32,310 nt of DNA, taken from NCBI GenBank assembly GCA_964347195.1, contig CAYFYD010000001.1:1-32310 (forward strand). Direction: 5' to 3'. The notes below the pieces were generated by a model that searched no databases, was not told where the DNA came from, and saw nothing but the letters and a program-made list of their open reading frames with translations. Position numbers and translations under genes: made by a program. Shown in pieces: positions 17,335 to 26,287 of this stretch (its first letter is position 1; each line of letters opens with the position of its first letter). This DNA comes from an uncultured Ectothiorhodospiraceae bacterium (lineage in GTDB: Bacteria > Pseudomonadota > Gammaproteobacteria > HK1).

Positions 17335-18279
17335 ATGCCAGCATTTCGAATCCCGAAACTCGAATTGAAGTCTGTACGTCCCTTCGCCGCGATGCTCCTC
17401 GCCTTGGCCTTCGCTTTCGGCTTCGTGCCCGAAGGCCGGGCAGCGAACGAACGCTGGTACAAGGTGGAGCTGATCGTGTTCGAGCGCACCGGCGACGGGA
17501 ATCTCGACGACGAGGTGTGGCTCGCGAATCCGGGCCGTCCCCCCATCGACGAATCGGTCGGGCTCGGCAGCGCCTCCGAGCGCGCGCAGGCCGGTGACTC
17601 GGGTCAGGACCGAGCGGCCGCTTCCCGTGTGTTTCGACTCCTCGACCCGCGCCATCACCGTCTGGGCGGCGTCTACCGCCGCCTGCGCGCATCGCCGGAC
17701 TACCGACCCCTGCTCCATGTCGCTTGGCGCCAGCCCGGGTATCCCCCGCGCCGGGCGAGGCATGTCCACATCCTGGGCTGGAAGGATGCGGCGACCGGAT
17801 CCGCCACCGGTCGCTTCGAGGCGAGGGCGAGGCCCGTCATCGACGGCACGGTGCGCCTCTACCTCCGCAAGTTCCTGCACCTGAACGCCGACCTGCTCTA
17901 CTACCGCGACGATCCGCGCTCGCGGGACGACTACGGCGCGCTCTCCGCCGCGGGCGCCGCGTCCGGCGAGGAGACCGGGACCACGCCCGCGCGCCCGGGA
18001 CCACGCGAGCCCGCCGCGCTCGACGAGATGTCGGCCGCCTCGGTCTCGCCGCTGCCGGATTCGACGAGTCCGGGGAACGCTTCGACCGATGCAGCGTATC
18101 CCGTCGCCGTCCCGGGAGGGGAGACCGGCCTCGCGCGCGCCGGAGACGCTCCGGCATCGGAGAACATCGGGCCACCGCTGGCCTACCGCATGACGGCGAG
18201 CCGGCGCATGCGTCCGGGCGAGCTGCACTACCTCGACCACCCGCTCTTCGGACTCCTCGTCCGCGTGACACGCAGCTAG
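17335..18279 (+). CDS. csiV: CsiV-family periplasmic protein (peptidoglycan-binding protein CsiV-like)
   Basis: Start trimmed to the ATG at 17335, because the upstream 80 codons are repeat-element translation. Signal peptide (FAAMLLALAFAFGFVPEGRA), RWYKVELIVFER near the N-terminus and ELHYLDHPLFGLLVRV at the C-terminus, as in the CsiV family. It lies directly downstream of mfd, as I recall for Vibrio cholerae. Confidence 0.7.
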   Translation: MPAFRIPKLELKSVRPFAAMLLALAFAFGFVPEGRAANERWYKVELIVFERTGDGNLDDEVWLANPGRPPIDESVGLGSASERAQAGDSGQDRAAASRVFRLLDPRHHRLGGVYRRLRASPDYRPLLHVAWRQPGYPPRRARHVHILGWKDAATGSATGRFEARARPVIDGTVRLYLRKFLHLNADLLYYRDDPRSRDDYGALSAAGAASGEETGTTPARPGPREPAALDEMSAASVSPLPDSTSPGNASTDAAYPVAVPGGETGLARAGDAPASENIGPPLAYRMTASRRMRPGELHYLDHPLFGLLVRVTRS

Positions 18280-18337
18280 CGAACTGCGTGAAAGACCGGC
18301 AAGAGGGCCGTCCGGCCCAGCCCCGGGCCGAGCCGGC

Positions 18338-19273
18338 TCAGGGCGGAAAGAGCTCGTCGATCCAGCTCGCTCCTCCCGATCGCTTCGCTCCGCACTCGCG
18401 GCACATCCACAGACAGGGGCCGTGGGCGCGGTAGCCAGGAGTGCGTTCTCTGGTCATTCCTTCGCATCCGCAATCGGGACACCGGCGTACCGGAACCGAT
18501 CCGAATGCTTCTCCCTCCCCATCGTGCAACCCGAGACCGCGGGCGGCCGCATGCCGGATGACCTTGCACACCTTCGCCATCGCGGACTCGAGGACTGCGG
18601 CTATCGCCGCCATCGAAATGGGGCCGGGAGCGCGGCCCGCCGCCTCGTTAACCACGACTGCGAGGTGGGCATAGGCGATGCCCGCTTCGCGCGCGAGCGC
18701 GGCTTCCGGCATCCCGGTCATCCCCACCAAGTCGCAGCCGTCGCGCTCGAGGCGATCGATCTCCGCCGCGCTCTCGAGCCTCGGGCCCTGGGTGCAGGCA
18801 TAGGTTCCTCCGATGGCGACGGCAACGCCGGCGCCCGCGGCGGCGCCCGCCAGCACCGCCGCCAGCCCCTCGTCGTAGGGACGGGTGAAATCGACGTGCA
18901 CCGGCGAGTGGAGGTCCTCTTCGAAGAAGGTGTGTCCGCGTCCCCACGTGTAGTCGACGATCTGGTCGGGAATCACCAGCGTCCCGGGCCCCAAGTCGGC
19001 GCGGATCCCGCCCACCGCGGCCACCGCGATGATGCGGTCGCAGCCCGCCGCGGTGAGCGCGCTGATGTTCGCCCGGTAGTTGATCCGGTGCGGGGGAATG
19101 CGCGACGGCGTGCCGTGACGATGGAGGAATGCGACCGCGCGGCCCTCGAGCTCGCCCTCGAGCACCGGGCCGGAGGGCGCCCCCCAGCGGGTCGCGTCTT
19201 CTCGCCGCTTCCCGACCTCGAGCCCTTCCATCTCGAGCAGGCCGGTGCCCCCGATGATGCCCAGGCGCGCCAT
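18338..19273 (-). CDS. mtnP: S-methyl-5'-thioadenosine/thioinosine phosphorylase with a ~65-aa C-terminal Cys-rich (zinc-ribbon-like) extension
   Basis: Residues 1-245 are collinear with the MTAP/MTIP family (IIGGTGL, HRHG...PPHRINYRAN, ACTQGPRLES, VGMTGMPEA). Residues ~246-311 contain CPDC...CRECG. Confidence 0.88.
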   Translation of the reverse strand: MARLGIIGGTGLLEMEGLEVGKRREDATRWGAPSGPVLEGELEGRAVAFLHRHGTPSRIPPHRINYRANISALTAAGCDRIIAVAAVGGIRADLGPGTLVIPDQIVDYTWGRGHTFFEEDLHSPVHVDFTRPYDEGLAAVLAGAAAGAGVAVAIGGTYACTQGPRLESAAEIDRLERDGCDLVGMTGMPEAALAREAGIAYAHLAVVVNEAAGRAPGPISMAAIAAVLESAMAKVCKVIRHAAARGLGLHDGEGEAFGSVPVRRCPDCGCEGMTRERTPGYRAHGPCLWMCRECGAKRSGGASWIDELFPP

Positions 19274-19406
19274 TCGAGCACGCGCTCAGCGCGGGCGCCC
19301 GCGCCCGGCGGGTCCGCGGGACCGGGTGCCGAGAGGGAAGGACGGCCCCGCGAGGCGCATCCGTGATCGGTTGACGAGCTCATGCGACGCAAGGGTGGAA
19401 AAACTC

Positions 19407-19565
19407 ATGGATTCCCGCTTCCGCGGGAATGACGGAGGGTGGCGCGGGAATGACGGAGGGTGGCGCGGGAATGACATCACCGACGTAAGAGCCGTCATTC
19501 CCGCGGAAGCTTGCCCTCGACCCCGATCGGGGGCGGGAATCCATGAGCGTAAACCGAACACGGAT
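19407..19565. repeat. Composite palindromic repeat element, copy C (12-nt terminal inverted repeats, perfect 21-bp tandem units)
   Basis: Terminal inverted repeats ATGGATTCCCGC (19407-19418) and GCGGGAATCCAT (19533-19544). The 21-bp unit cgcgggaatgacggagggtgg is present twice perfectly (19422-19442 and 19443-19463), plus a partial third unit. An internal gtcattcccgcg is inverted relative to cgcgggaatgac. ccccgatcgggg palindrome. The tail gagcgtaaaccgaacacgg is shared with copy A. Confidence 0.75.
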
Positions 19566-19731
19566 GCCGCGAGGCGGGAGCTCGGATGACCGCGGGGCGC
19601 GGGTCCGGAGGGCGGCGGAGGCGCGAAGAGGCCGGAAGACCGTCGTGCGTACTCCCTGGACATGGTCACGGGTCCGATGTAAACGAGTCGGTAGCACCGA
19701 TGATACGCTCGTCTCCGAGGCGCTCGAAGCG

Positions 19732-21597
19732 ATGCCGTCCGACCCTTTTCCCCTGCTCTCCCGGATACGGAGCCCGGTCGACCTGCGCGCTCTGCCCGAG
19801 TCGAAGCTGCCGGAAGTGGTGCGGGAGCTGCGGGAGTTCCTGATCGAGAGCGTATCGGGGTCGACCGGGCATTTCGCCGCCGGCCTCGGGGCGGTCGAGC
19901 TGACCGTCGCCCTGCACTACCTCTACGACACCCCCGAGGACCGTATCGTCTGGGACGTCGGTCACCAGGCCTACCCGCACAAGATCCTCTGCGGACGCCG
20001 CGACCGGATGCACACGGTGCGCAAGTGGCAGGGCCTCGCGCCCTTCCCCCGGCGCTCCGAGAGCCCCTTCGACACCTTCGGGGTCGGCCATGCCGGGACT
20101 TCGGTGGGCGCGGCACTCGGCATGGCGATCGGAGCGAAGCAAGGCGGCGCGCCGCGCCGGGTGGTGGCGGTCATCGGCGACGGGGGACTCACCTGCGGCA
20201 TGGCCTTCGAGGCGCTGAACCACGCCGGCGACGTCCATCCCGACCTCCTGGTCGTTCTCAACGACAACGAGATGTCCATCTCTCCCAACGTCGGCGCGCT
20301 CACCCGGCGCTTCGCCCAGGTGCTCTCCGGCAAGCTCTACACGAGCGTGCGCGAGGGCAGCAAGAAGGCGCTGCGGCGCATGCCCACGGTGCGGGAGCTC
20401 GCCCGTCGCGCGGAAGAGCACGTCAAGGGGCTCGTGGTGCCGGGCACCCTCTTCGAGGAGCTCGGCTTCAACTACATCGGACCCATCGACGGCCACGACC
20501 TCTCGGCGCTCCTGGCGACGCTTCGCAACCTGCAGGCGCTGCGGGGACCCCAGCTCCTGCACATCGTCACCCGCAAGGGCAAGGGCTACCCGCCGGCCGA
20601 GGCGGACCCCGTCAAGTACCACGGCGTCGCCGCGCCCTTCGACCCGGGGGTCGGCATCCAGGCCGCGAAGGCGTCGAGCGGCCCCACCTACTCCCAGGTC
20701 TTCGGGGACTGGCTATGCGACATGGCGGCCCGCGACGAGCGCCTGGTGGGCATCACCCCCGCGATGCGGGAGGGCTCGAAGATGGAGCGCTTCGCCCGCG
20801 AGTACCCGGAACGCTACTTCGATGTCGGCATCGCGGAGCAGCACAGCGTGACGCTGGCCGCGGGCATGGCCTGCGAGGGGCGCAAGCCCGTGGTCGCGAT
20901 CTACTCGACCTTCCTGCAACGGGCCTACGACCAGGTCGTGCACGACGTGGTGATCCAGGGCCTGCCGGTGCTCTTCGCCGTCGACCGGGCGGGACTGGTG
21001 GGAGGAGACGGGCCGACTCACGCCGGCGCCTTCGACGTCTCCTTCCTGCGCTGCCTGCCCGGGATGGTGCTGATGGCGCCGGCGGACGAGAACGAGGCCC
21101 GGCGGATGCTCTACACCGGATTCGGCCTGGACGGGCCCTGCGCGGTGCGCTACCCGCGCGGCACCGGCCCCGGGGTGCCGGTCGAGGAGGACCTGCGCGC
21201 GCTGCCGGTCGGGCGGGCGGAGCTGCGCCGGCGCGGCCGCGACATCGCGATCCTGTCCTTCGGCCCGATGCTCCAGTACGCGCTCGAGGCGGCGGAGCAG
21301 CTCGATGCCACCGTCGTGAACATGCGCTTCGTCAAGCCGCTGGACGAGGAGATGGTCCTGGAGATGGCGACGGCTCACGAGCGGTTGGTGACGGTGGAGG
21401 AGAACGCGCTCGCGGGCGGTGCGGGCAGCGCAGTGAACGAAGTCCTGCTCGCCCACGGCGTGCCGGCGGCGGTGCTGAACCACGCCCTCCCCGACCGCTT
21501 CATCGACCAGGGCTCGCGCGCAGACATGCTCCACGACGCGGGTCTGGACACCGGGGGGATCCTCGCCGCGGTGCGGGCCTTCCGCGGCGAGTCATGA
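19732..21597 (+). CDS. dxs: 1-deoxy-D-xylulose-5-phosphate synthase
   Basis: 621 aa from the ATG at 19732 ([12 protein letters not shown]...). [10 protein letters not shown], the TPP motif [15 protein letters not shown], and transketolase-like middle and C-terminal domains. Confidence 0.95.
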   Translation: MPSDPFPLLSRIRSPVDLRALPESKLPEVVRELREFLIESVSGSTGHFAAGLGAVELTVALHYLYDTPEDRIVWDVGHQAYPHKILCGRRDRMHTVRKWQGLAPFPRRSESPFDTFGVGHAGTSVGAALGMAIGAKQGGAPRRVVAVIGDGGLTCGMAFEALNHAGDVHPDLLVVLNDNEMSISPNVGALTRRFAQVLSGKLYTSVREGSKKALRRMPTVRELARRAEEHVKGLVVPGTLFEELGFNYIGPIDGHDLSALLATLRNLQALRGPQLLHIVTRKGKGYPPAEADPVKYHGVAAPFDPGVGIQAAKASSGPTYSQVFGDWLCDMAARDERLVGITPAMREGSKMERFAREYPERYFDVGIAEQHSVTLAAGMACEGRKPVVAIYSTFLQRAYDQVVHDVVIQGLPVLFAVDRAGLVGGDGPTHAGAFDVSFLRCLPGMVLMAPADENEARRMLYTGFGLDGPCAVRYPRGTGPGVPVEEDLRALPVGRAELRRRGRDIAILSFGPMLQYALEAAEQLDATVVNMRFVKPLDEEMVLEMATAHERLVTVEENALAGGAGSAVNEVLLAHGVPAAVLNHALPDRFIDQGSRADMLHDAGLDTGGILAAVRAFRGES

Positions 21598-22052
21598 GGC
21601 CGGTCCCGGGCCTTCCTGCGGCGCAGTGCCGACTACCGGGCGGCATGGACGGCCTCGGCGCTCACGTCCGAGGACGAGGAGGCGCCCTTTCCGGTCCGGG
21701 TGCGCTCGGAGGACAACCGGGCCACCCTCGTCAACCGCGCCGGCGATGGCGGGAGAGCACGGGCACCGTCCGGTCTCTCGCGACCTTCCGAAAGCCGGGC
21801 ATCGAGACCGCGCGTGCTACCATGCGGCCCGGCTGCTCCGATCCTGCTGTCCGTCTCACCCCCGGGTGAGCGTCTGTCGGTCCGAACACCGCGACCGGCA
21901 CCGGACCGCGGCTCGTGTCGATCCGCTCGAGCTATCCGCGGGCGGGACGGCGCAGGGTCCGGGCGCAGTCGTCAGCGCGAGCCGCCGGGATGGCTGGGAG
22001 TCGCGGCGGTCTGAAGCTTCACTCCCAACGACCAGCGAAGAGGAGGCAGACC

Positions 22053-22970
22053 ATGACCAGCCGAATCTCGAGACTCGGGCGAGCCTGGGTCTCGATACTG
22101 GCACTCATCACCGCGGGCACACTCTCGGCGGGAGCGGCCGAGTTCGAGCGGCCGTCGACGGAGCAGCCGATCACGGATGTGATGAAGGCGGCATGCACCG
22201 CGGAAGCATCCCCCAAAATCAAGGAAGTTCTCGAACGCGGCACGCTCAACTGGGCGTTGGGCCTGGCCCCGCCCTTCGGCTTCAGGCAGCAGGACGGCTC
22301 CTACGGCGGCATCGAAGTCGACAATGCGCGCGAGCTGGCGCACATGCTGGGGGTCGAAGTAGACATCCAGGACTACGACTACAACCTGTTGCCGACCGCG
22401 GTGACCACCGGTCAGGCGGACATCATCGGGGCTGAGCTGTTCATCACCGAGCAGCGAATGAAGGTGATCGACTACAGCGACGTCTACTTCGTCGCCGGAC
22501 AGCTCTTCTTCGTGCTCCGGGATTCAAAGTTCCACACCGTCGAAGATCTCGACTCGCCCGACAACCGCTTCATACACGAAATCGGCGGGGGCCAGGTGGA
22601 AATGGCCGAGAAGCTCACCCCCAACGCGCCCATCCGCCTCGTGCCCAAGCGCGGCATCTTTCTCGTCGGCTACGACTTCATAAAGGCGGGCGAGGCCGAC
22701 TCCACGGCCTATGAAGGGCACTATTACCCGGTGTTCCGGAAGGAGTATCCCGACCTCGTCGCGATCGGCAAGGAAGGCCGCATCGGGGAGGCGCCCGCCG
22801 ATCCGGAAAAGATGCTCTACCCCTTCGACATCGGCTTCGGTCTGCCCAAGGGGGATCCGGGCTGGAAGGCCTGCATCAACGCCTATGTGGCCGACTTGCT
22901 GGATTCCGGTCGCCTCCAGAACCGCATCAACTACTGGGCGGTGTCGATGGGCTCGGCCACCACCGAGTAG
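22053..22970 (+). CDS. ABC transporter substrate-binding protein, polar-amino-acid (SBP family 3) type
   Basis: Start trimmed to the ATG at 22053 (GAGGAGG RBS). Signal peptide (RLGRAWVSILALITAGTLSAGAA). SBP_bac_3-like core (GTLNWALGLAPPFGF...GIEVDNARELAHMLGVEV...). Confidence 0.85.
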   Translation: MTSRISRLGRAWVSILALITAGTLSAGAAEFERPSTEQPITDVMKAACTAEASPKIKEVLERGTLNWALGLAPPFGFRQQDGSYGGIEVDNARELAHMLGVEVDIQDYDYNLLPTAVTTGQADIIGAELFITEQRMKVIDYSDVYFVAGQLFFVLRDSKFHTVEDLDSPDNRFIHEIGGGQVEMAEKLTPNAPIRLVPKRGIFLVGYDFIKAGEADSTAYEGHYYPVFRKEYPDLVAIGKEGRIGEAPADPEKMLYPFDIGFGLPKGDPGWKACINAYVADLLDSGRLQNRINYWAVSMGSATTE

Positions 22971-23057
22971 TCCCTCGACGCCACGAATCGCCCCGGCTGG
23001 GCTCGGCCGAGCCGGGGCGACTTTCTATCGGACTCCCGTCATCAGCGGAGGGACGCC

Positions 23058-23729
23058 ATGTACGCCGGCTACGAATGGGACTTCAGTTGGGTCGGCAGCG
23101 AGATGCCGCTCTTCGGCATGGCGGCCTGGGTCAGCATCAAGATCCTGCTGCTTTCGACCGTCCTGTCGCTGGCGCTCGGCCTGTGCATCGGTCAGGGTCT
23201 GCTGTCCAGACGCTGGTATGTGACGGCGCCCCTGCGGGTCTGGGTGGACCTCTTCCGTCTGACGCCGCCCCTGCTCCAGATTGTGCTGATTTTCTTTCTC
23301 CTGCCCGTCGCGACCGGTATGCGCCTGCCGGCCTTCGAAGCCGGCGTGATCGCGCTGAGCCTGAACTACAGCGCATTCTTTTCCGAAATCTTTCGCGCCG
23401 GCGTGCTGTCCCTCGGGAGGGGTCAGGGGGAGGCGGGTGCGGCCATGGGCATGACCCATCTCCAGGTCCTGAAGTGGGTGATCTATCCTCAGGCGATCCG
23501 CCGCATGCTGCCGCCCATCACCAACATGCTCGTGAATCTGACCAAGGACACGAGCCTGCTGACGATCATCGGCGTCGCCGAGCTGTTCAACGTGAGTCAG
23601 AGTGTGTCCGCGCGAAACTTCAAGAACGTCGAGGTGTTGCTCGTTCTCGCGTTGTTCTATCTGGTCATCAACATTCCGCTTTCCTACCTGGCCAACCGGC
23701 TCTATGCGCGTCAAGCGGTACGGATCTAG
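23058..23729 (+). CDS. Amino-acid ABC transporter permease (His/Glu/Gln/Arg/opine family)
   Basis: 223 aa with multiple TM helices. The EAA-like loop region (GQGEAGAAMGMTHLQVLKWVIYPQAIRRMLPPITN) is typical of this permease family. Confidence 0.88.
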   Translation: MYAGYEWDFSWVGSEMPLFGMAAWVSIKILLLSTVLSLALGLCIGQGLLSRRWYVTAPLRVWVDLFRLTPPLLQIVLIFFLLPVATGMRLPAFEAGVIALSLNYSAFFSEIFRAGVLSLGRGQGEAGAAMGMTHLQVLKWVIYPQAIRRMLPPITNMLVNLTKDTSLLTIIGVAELFNVSQSVSARNFKNVEVLLVLALFYLVINIPLSYLANRLYARQAVRI

Positions 23730-24526
23730 TGGAAAGCACGGGCGTCGAAACGGCAACCTCCCGCTCGGAAGCCGCCCCGGGCGCCTTCGCGATCGAGGTC
23801 GACGACCTTCACAAGCATTTCGGATCCGTCGAAGTGCTGAAGGGGATCGACCTCGAGATCCCGGAAGGAGAAGTGGTGGTCATCGTCGGACGCAGCGGCT
23901 CGGGCAAGAGCACGCTGCTCCGCTGCCTCAACCTGCTCGAGCGGCCGACGTCGGGGCGCGTTCGTGTTCTCGGAGAAGAGATCACCTCGGGCGGGGTGAG
24001 CCTGTCCCGGCTGCGCCGGAAGATAGGCATGGTTTTCCAGCATTTCGAGCTGTTTCCTCACCGCACGGCGGTCGAGAACGTGATGGCCGGACCCTACATC
24101 GTGCTGGGCATGACCAAGGCCGAAGCGCGGGGGATTGCAAGCACCCTGCTCGACAAGGTCGGCCTGTCTCACCGGGCCGATCAGTATCCGAACCAGCTCT
24201 CGGGCGGCGAGAAACAGCGCGTGGCCATCGCCCGCGCATTGGCGCTGAATCCGAAGATCATGCTCTTCGACGAACCGACCTCCTCCCTGGATCCGGAGTT
24301 GAAGGGCGAGGTGCTCGACACCATGCGCGAGCTCGCCTTCGAGGGCATGACCATGGTCGTCGTGACTCACGAGATGACCTTCGCCCGGCGGGTCGCGAAC
24401 CGGGCAGTATTCATCGACCAGGGCGTCGTCGTCGAGCAAGGACCTCCGGAGCGGGTCCTGCGTGCTCCCGCGACGGAGCCCCTGAAGCGATTCCTCAACG
24501 TCCTGTTCTGGGGCGAGGACTCCTGA
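23729..24526 (+). CDS. Amino-acid ABC transporter ATP-binding protein (GlnQ/HisP-like)
   Basis: Walker [10 protein letters not shown], signature [15 protein letters not shown], Walker [10 protein letters not shown] and H-loop VTHEM. The proposed GTG start at 23729 overlaps the permease stop by 1 nt. The start is uncertain. Confidence 0.88.
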   Translation: MESTGVETATSRSEAAPGAFAIEVDDLHKHFGSVEVLKGIDLEIPEGEVVVIVGRSGSGKSTLLRCLNLLERPTSGRVRVLGEEITSGGVSLSRLRRKIGMVFQHFELFPHRTAVENVMAGPYIVLGMTKAEARGIASTLLDKVGLSHRADQYPNQLSGGEKQRVAIARALALNPKIMLFDEPTSSLDPELKGEVLDTMRELAFEGMTMVVVTHEMTFARRVANRAVFIDQGVVVEQGPPERVLRAPATEPLKRFLNVLFWGEDS

Positions 24527-24806
24527 TGGGCGCCCGCACCGGTTCCGCCCGCCGGCCGGCGCGTCCGGCATGCTGATACCATGAGTCCTCCCCGCCCGGT
24601 TCTTCGTCCCGGCCGGTCTTTCCCGGGAACCAGATGGCATTCTCCGCCCACCCCGCCCTCAGGCGCGACGTCGGGGCGTTCAACCGTCGCCCGCCGCACC
24701 GGGAAGCCGCCGGGAAGTGCCGGCTCTTCATCCCACCCCGGGAATCGCCCCGATCCGGGCACGTCCGGGGCACCCGCATCGATGCCATAGAGAGGACGCC
24801 TCCGTC

Positions 24807-26204
24807 ATGACATTCGAGACCCACCACAACCTGGATCCCGCGGAACTCGACGAACAGAGCTACCTCCACCCCTTCACCTCAGTGACGGCAAGCCGCCACA
24901 GGAGGCCATGGATGATCGAAGGTGGCTCCGGAATCCACATCACCGATGCAAGGGGACAGACCTGCATCGACGCCACTTCGGGATTGATATGCGTGAACGT
25001 CGGCTACGGACGGGAGGAGATAGCCCGGGCCATCTACGATCAGGCGCGGAAGCTGTCCTACTTTCACACCTTCTGGGGCACCGGAAACGAGCCGGCCGCG
25101 AGACTCGCGGACCGCATCGTCGACATCACCCCGGGCGACATGCGCCGGGTCATGTTCGGCACTTCGGGATCGGATGCGAACGAGACGCAGATCAAGCTGT
25201 GCTGGTACTACAACAACGTGCTCGGGCGGCCGAAGAAAAAGAAGATCATCGCCCGGGAGCGCGGCTACCACGGTACTACGCTTGCCGCCGCCAGCGTCAC
25301 CGGGTTGCCCGCCCTGCATGGGCTCTTCGACCTTCCTCTTCCTCAGGTCATCTGGACATCGGCACCCGACTACGGCAGGAAGGCCGAACCCGGCATGTCG
25401 GAGCGGGACTTCTCCCGGGCGCTGGCCCGCGAGCTCGAAGACCTTATCGAAGCGGAGGGACCTGATACCGTCGCGGCCTTCATCGGCGAACCGGTGATGG
25501 GCTCCTCGAGCGGCGTGCTGGTGCCGCCCGAAGGCTACTTCGAGGAGATCGGCCGGGTGCTGCGCGAGCACGACGTTCTGTTCATCGCCGACGAGGTGGT
25601 GAACGGCTTCGGTCGGGTCGGCGCCATGTTCGCCTCCGAGCTCTACGGGCTGGAACCGGACCTCATGACCTTGTCCAAGGGCTTGACCAGCGGCTACGTA
25701 CCCATGTCCGCCGCGGTCGTATCGGAGAAAGTGTGGAAGGTCCTGCGGGACGCCTCGCCCCGCTTCGGGGCCTTCGAGCACGGCTACACGAACAGCGGGC
25801 ATCCCGTTGCCGCGGCGGCCGCGCTGGCCAGCCTCGACATCATCGAACGCGAGAACCTGGTCGAGAATGCCGCTCGGGTCGGCGCCTACCTCCAGAAGGG
25901 GCTGCGCGAGGTCATCGGCACCCACGAGCTGGTCCGGGAGATAAGAGGGATCGGCCTGATGGCGGGCATCGAGATGGTCGAGCCGGATGAAGCGCTCGTC
26001 GCGGCCGACCCGACCCTGGGCATCCCGGTCCGCATCATGCGGCAGTGCTACGAGGAAGGGCTGATCATCCGCGCCCTGCCCGGCAACCGCAGCGTCGTCA
26101 TCGCACCGCCGCTCGTCATCACGGAGCAGCAGGTCGATGAGGTCATCGGAGGGCTGGAGCGTGGCCTGAAGAAGGCCTGCGACTCCAGGCCAAGGCCGAG
26201 CTGA
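24807..26204 (+). CDS. Class-III PLP-dependent aminotransferase (omega-amino acid/amine:pyruvate type)
   Basis: 465 aa from the ATG at 24807 (AGAGAGGA RBS). Motifs GSDANE, ADEVVNGFGRVG and the PLP-lysine context TLSKGLTSGYVPMSA. Overall similarity to SpuC / beta-alanine-pyruvate transaminase-type enzymes. Confidence 0.9.
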   Translation: MTFETHHNLDPAELDEQSYLHPFTSVTASRHRRPWMIEGGSGIHITDARGQTCIDATSGLICVNVGYGREEIARAIYDQARKLSYFHTFWGTGNEPAARLADRIVDITPGDMRRVMFGTSGSDANETQIKLCWYYNNVLGRPKKKKIIARERGYHGTTLAAASVTGLPALHGLFDLPLPQVIWTSAPDYGRKAEPGMSERDFSRALARELEDLIEAEGPDTVAAFIGEPVMGSSSGVLVPPEGYFEEIGRVLREHDVLFIADEVVNGFGRVGAMFASELYGLEPDLMTLSKGLTSGYVPMSAAVVSEKVWKVLRDASPRFGAFEHGYTNSGHPVAAAAALASLDIIERENLVENAARVGAYLQKGLREVIGTHELVREIRGIGLMAGIEMVEPDEALVAADPTLGIPVRIMRQCYEEGLIIRALPGNRSVVIAPPLVITEQQVDEVIGGLERGLKKACDSRPRPS

Positions 26205-26287
26205 AGAAGTTGCGAGCCGGTCCACCGGCGAGACCCGGACCCGCCCGGGTGCCCGAGAGCGGCTCGCGCGATGGGCGCGAGCGAGGG

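Noticed and set aside
13367-17335. 1322-aa + strand ORF and the 1027-aa minus-strand ORF (13944..17027) overlapping mfd
   Set aside because: These are alternate-frame and antisense to an unmistakable full-length Mfd. Their translations are low-complexity (R/P/A/G). The same reasoning applies to 5874..8237(-) and 7571..8350(-) over clpA, 6..1769(+) over trpS/yciO, 2706..4460(+) and 3292..4494(-) over aceA, 4514..5515(-) over the LysR gene, 8089..9570(-), 8726..9994(-), 16921..18240(-), 19286..20116(-), 19666..20622(-), 20025..21869(+) and 20713..21534(-) over dxs, 23025..23756(-), 23726..24640(-) and 24879..26225(-).
17088-17546. ORFs encoding RFRGNDG / VIPAEAGIH / SFPRKRES-type peptides (17088..17546-, the first 80 codons of 17095..18279+, 19245..19589+, 19380..19697-)
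   Set aside because: They are translations of the palindromic repeat elements. The 21-bp tandem unit is a multiple of 3 and so produces repeated heptapeptides. They show no independent coding evidence.
19422-19476. Possible CRISPR array, because of the perfect short tandem repeats
   Set aside because: The 21-bp units are directly adjacent with no spacers, only about 2.6 copies are present, and no cas genes occur in the window. It is a tandem repeat inside a REP/MITE-like element.
19570-19731. Sigma-70 promoter call upstream of dxs (tggaca ... tgtaaa)
   Set aside because: The spacing is only about 15 nt and both hexamers are weak. The lower-GC patch is suggestive but not enough to annotate.
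24527-24806. Sigma-54 promoter (tggcattctccgccc) or terminator in the 280-bp gap between the ABC ATPase and aminotransferase genes
   Set aside because: The GG-to-GC spacing is two nt too short for the TGGCAC-N5-TTGC consensus. The hairpin gccgg-N9-ccggc has no U-tract. The evidence is insufficient to call either feature.
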